From Aliivibrio fischeri ES114 (GTDB taxonomy: Bacteria; Pseudomonadota; Gammaproteobacteria; Enterobacterales; Vibrionaceae): a stretch of DNA of 32,000 nucleotides. Positions 29,743 to 32,000 of this stretch are shown in pieces. The stretch lies in assembly GCF_000011805.1 (NCBI RefSeq), contig NC_006840.2. One strand, written 5' to 3'. Below the pieces are notes generated by a model. That model had not been told where the DNA came from. It saw only the letters and a program-made list of their open reading frames with translations, and made no database searches. Both the position numbers and the translations under genes were made by a program. Numbering within the stretch: position 1 is the first letter of the stretch; the number at the start of each line of letters is the position of its first letter.

Positions 29743-31023
29743 TTATTTCCAGATGTATAGGTTAAATAGCTTCTTACCGCGTTTGATCACGCTGTATTTA
29801 CCAAACAGTGCATCTTCTTTCTTAAGTACCGCTTCGGTATCAGCAACTTTCTCGCCGTTTACCGATACTGCACCGTTACCGATGAATTCACGCGCCATTT
29901 TGTTTGATTTAGCTAATTCAGATTGAGTTAGAACTTCAACAATCGTTTGTTCAGATGCTTCTAATTCTGTTGATGGCAGGCCATCTAAAGCAAGTTGTGC
30001 TAAGTCAGTTTCTGTTAGTGAAGAAAGATCACCAGAGAAAAGCGCTTTCGTGATACGTTCAGCAGACGCTAAACCTTCTTCACCGTGAACTAAACGAGTT
30101 ACTTCACGAGCGAGGATGCCTTGACCTTCAGGACGGCCCTGAACACTCTTATCACTCTCTTCAACAGCTGCAATCTCTTCTACTGTTAAGAAAGTGAAGA
30201 AACGTAGGAAGTTATATACGTCAGCATCCGCAGTACCTAACCAGAATTGATAGAAAGCGTATGGTGATGTTTTATTTGAATCTAACCAAATTGTACCTGA
30301 TTCAGTTTTACCAAACTTAGTACCATCTGATTTTGTAACTAGAGGAAGTGTTAAACCAAATACTTTATTGCGGTTCATACGACGAGTAAGGTCGATACCA
30401 CCAGTGATGTTACCCCACTGATCTGAGCCACCAATTTGTAATGTACACTCTTTTGCTTTGTTCAATGCTGCAAAATCGTATGATTGAAGTAGCATGTAGC
30501 TGAATTCAGTAAATGAAATACCAGAACCTTCACGATCGATACGTTGTTTTACTGATTCTTTTTGGATCATTGCATTTACGCTGAAGTGTTTACCTACATC
30601 ACGCATAAATTCAATTACGTTAATTTGACCGATCCAATCTAAGTTGTTTACTACTTCAGCACCATTTTTCTCTTCTGTAAAATCAACAAAAGCTGAAACT
30701 TGTGCTTTAATTTTGTTAACCCAATCGCCAACCACTTCATTCGTGTTTAGTTGACGCTCAGCAGCTTTAAAACTTGGGTCACCGATTAAGCCTGTAGCAC
30801 CACCAACAAGAGCTAATGGTTTATGACCAGCTTGTTGGAAACGCTTAAGAACTAATAGTGGTACTAGGCTACCAATATGTAAGCTGTCTGCTGTCGGATC
30901 GAAGCCACAATAGAGAGTACGACAGTCAGTTGAAAGGTGCTCAGCTAATTCTTCGTCTGCTGTGCACTGTGCAATAAGCCCACGAGCTTTTAAGTCTTGC
31001 AATAATTCGTTTGTTGCTGTCAT
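29743..31023 (-). CDS. tyrS: Tyrosine--tRNA ligase
   Basis: 426 aa with the class I HIGH-type motif (LHIGS), the KMSKS-type motif (KFGKT) and a C-terminal S4-like domain. Confidence 0.96.
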   Translation of the reverse strand: MTATNELLQDLKARGLIAQCTADEELAEHLSTDCRTLYCGFDPTADSLHIGSLVPLLVLKRFQQAGHKPLALVGGATGLIGDPSFKAAERQLNTNEVVGDWVNKIKAQVSAFVDFTEEKNGAEVVNNLDWIGQINVIEFMRDVGKHFSVNAMIQKESVKQRIDREGSGISFTEFSYMLLQSYDFAALNKAKECTLQIGGSDQWGNITGGIDLTRRMNRNKVFGLTLPLVTKSDGTKFGKTESGTIWLDSNKTSPYAFYQFWLGTADADVYNFLRFFTFLTVEEIAAVEESDKSVQGRPEGQGILAREVTRLVHGEEGLASAERITKALFSGDLSSLTETDLAQLALDGLPSTELEASEQTIVEVLTQSELAKSNKMAREFIGNGAVSVNGEKVADTEAVLKKEDALFGKYSVIKRGKKLFNLYIWK

Positions 31024-31300
31024 AGATAACCTACTTGTACTCTAAATTTAGGTATAAAAAAGAATACTCGATTTTACACATTTAGCGGCTAAATAACAGA
31101 GTTTACGAGTAAAAATACTTCAATAAGTAAATTATCAAATTATTGTCAGGAAAACGCCTTTTGTGACCGTTAGCGCAAACTCGAACAACATTAAATTTCC
31201 TCACTTGAAACTGCTATCTATGCCCATATTTCTTAAGTAGGTGTTGCTAAGATATAGTTCTCTTAGTTGCTATTTCTTTCTACTTCATAAAGGAAACAGA

Positions 31301-32000
31301 ATGAAAAAGTTTGCCCGTGCTGCAGTCTTAATGGTTTTAGTCTTTGGACGACCTCAAGCACAAGCTGCCTCTTTACTTGAACATATAGAGCCAGATTACC
31401 AAGAATCCAATCAATCAGAGATCGATCACCACCATGTACTTCACAGCTTAAATGGTCTTCTGTCCATTGATAGCTGGAACCATTTCTCGCATCAACCTTA
31501 CAATGACTTTGATATTTTAAGCTCTAAAGCACACCAAGCTCAGCATGAGTTAGAAAATATCTGTAAACAAACTGCTCTTATTTCCAATAGCCAGACTCAA
31601 TTTGCGGGAGTAAAAAATAATGAACGAGCAAAAATTAAAATTGAGCAAGAATTAAGTGGTCAGGTTAATCAACTGACTGATATCGCAAGAGCGACTGTCG
31701 TAGCTGACTCAATTCCTGATTTAGTTACCGCATATGAAGCATTAAATAGAGAAACAACTGTTGTTAGTGTTACTAACCGCTTTTCTCAACCTGCTAAATC
31801 TGGGTACAGAGACATAAAATTATTGGTTGAATTACCTAAAACAAAACTCATTGCAGAAATACAACTCCACTTAAAAGACATTGCAGATGTTAAGAATGGT
31901 GTTGAACATAAGATTTATGAAGAAATTCAAAGTATGGAACGTCTTGCTTTTGTCGAAAATCGTACATTTACTGAATTTGAAGAAGCTCGATTCACTAAAC
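31301..32000 (+). CDS. RelA/SpoT-domain (small alarmone synthetase-like, possibly Vibrio RelV-type) protein with a signal-peptide-like N-terminus; runs to the window edge or is frameshifted
   Basis: Absent from the ORF track. The ATG at 31301 is preceded by AAGGAA. Hand translation gives MKKFARAAVLMVLVFGRPQAQAASLLEH...QLTDIARATVVADSIPDLV...NRFSQPAKSGYRDIKLLVELPKTKLIAEIQLHLKDIADVKNGVEHKIYE. The order D-x-x-R, GYR, EIQ, EH..Y follows the RelA/SpoT synthetase fold. See the findings for the frame ambiguity near 31919. Confidence 0.55.
   Translation, partial: MKKFARAAVLMVLVFGRPQAQAASLLEHIEPDYQESNQSEIDHHHVLHSLNGLLSIDSWNHFSHQPYNDFDILSSKAHQAQHELENICKQTALISNSQTQFAGVKNNERAKIKIEQELSGQVNQLTDIARATVVADSIPDLVTAYEALNRETTVVSVTNRFSQPAKSGYRDIKLLVELPKTKLIAEIQLHLKDIADVKNGVEHKIYEEIQSMERLAFVENRTFTEFEEARFTK

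Noticed and set aside
1-32000. A window-wide search for CRISPR repeats, IS or transposase ends, integrases, tRNA/tmRNA genes, toxin-antitoxin pairs and known defence-system gene signatures.
   Set aside because: No periodic repeat array, no terminal inverted repeats flanking a transposase-like ORF and no cloverleaf-like sequence were seen. All ORFs of at least 60 aa with coding character are accounted for by housekeeping or single accessory genes. I cannot run a repeat finder, so short dispersed repeats could have been missed.

Overview
This is an AT-rich gammaproteobacterial core-chromosome segment. Protein similarity and gene order suggest Vibrionaceae, possibly Aliivibrio-like, but that is inference only. 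I count about 29 protein genes and find no rRNA, tRNA, CRISPR array, IS element, integrase or prophage signature. Gene order: MltB-like lytic transglycosylase (partial, -), ycgL (-), minCDE (+), rnd, fadD, alpha/beta hydrolase, Slp/YeaY-like lipoprotein, a 99-aa hypothetical, tsaB and yoaA (all -), purU (+, frame broken), alpha/beta hydrolase (-), an AraC-type regulator divergent from an EamA transporter, malY-malX (-) divergent from malI (+) with two palindromic operators, a 52-aa Pmp3/YqaE proteolipid missing from the ORF track (+), metE (-) divergent from metR (+), DUF4250 plus a polytopic membrane protein (-), dcuC (+), a secreted S33/TAP-like hydrolase (+), ygiQ (+), tyrS (-), and a RelA/SpoT-like gene at the right edge (+). 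I do not see a convincing multi-gene novel system such as a defence island, toxin-antitoxin pair, secretion system or mobile element; most of the window is ordinary housekeeping DNA. The points most worth a second look are: (1) the right-edge RelA/SpoT-type (small alarmone synthetase-like) gene, which has a Sec-signal-like N-terminus, divergent catalytic motifs and a possible frameshift; (2) a one-base frame break in purU; (3) the AT-rich secreted hydrolase with an in-frame tandem duplication; (4) an rnd leader stem-loop with a GTG start; (5) a DUF4250/7-TM pair of unknown function that overlaps metR convergently. All coordinates for features outside the ORF track come from hand counting and should be verified computationally.
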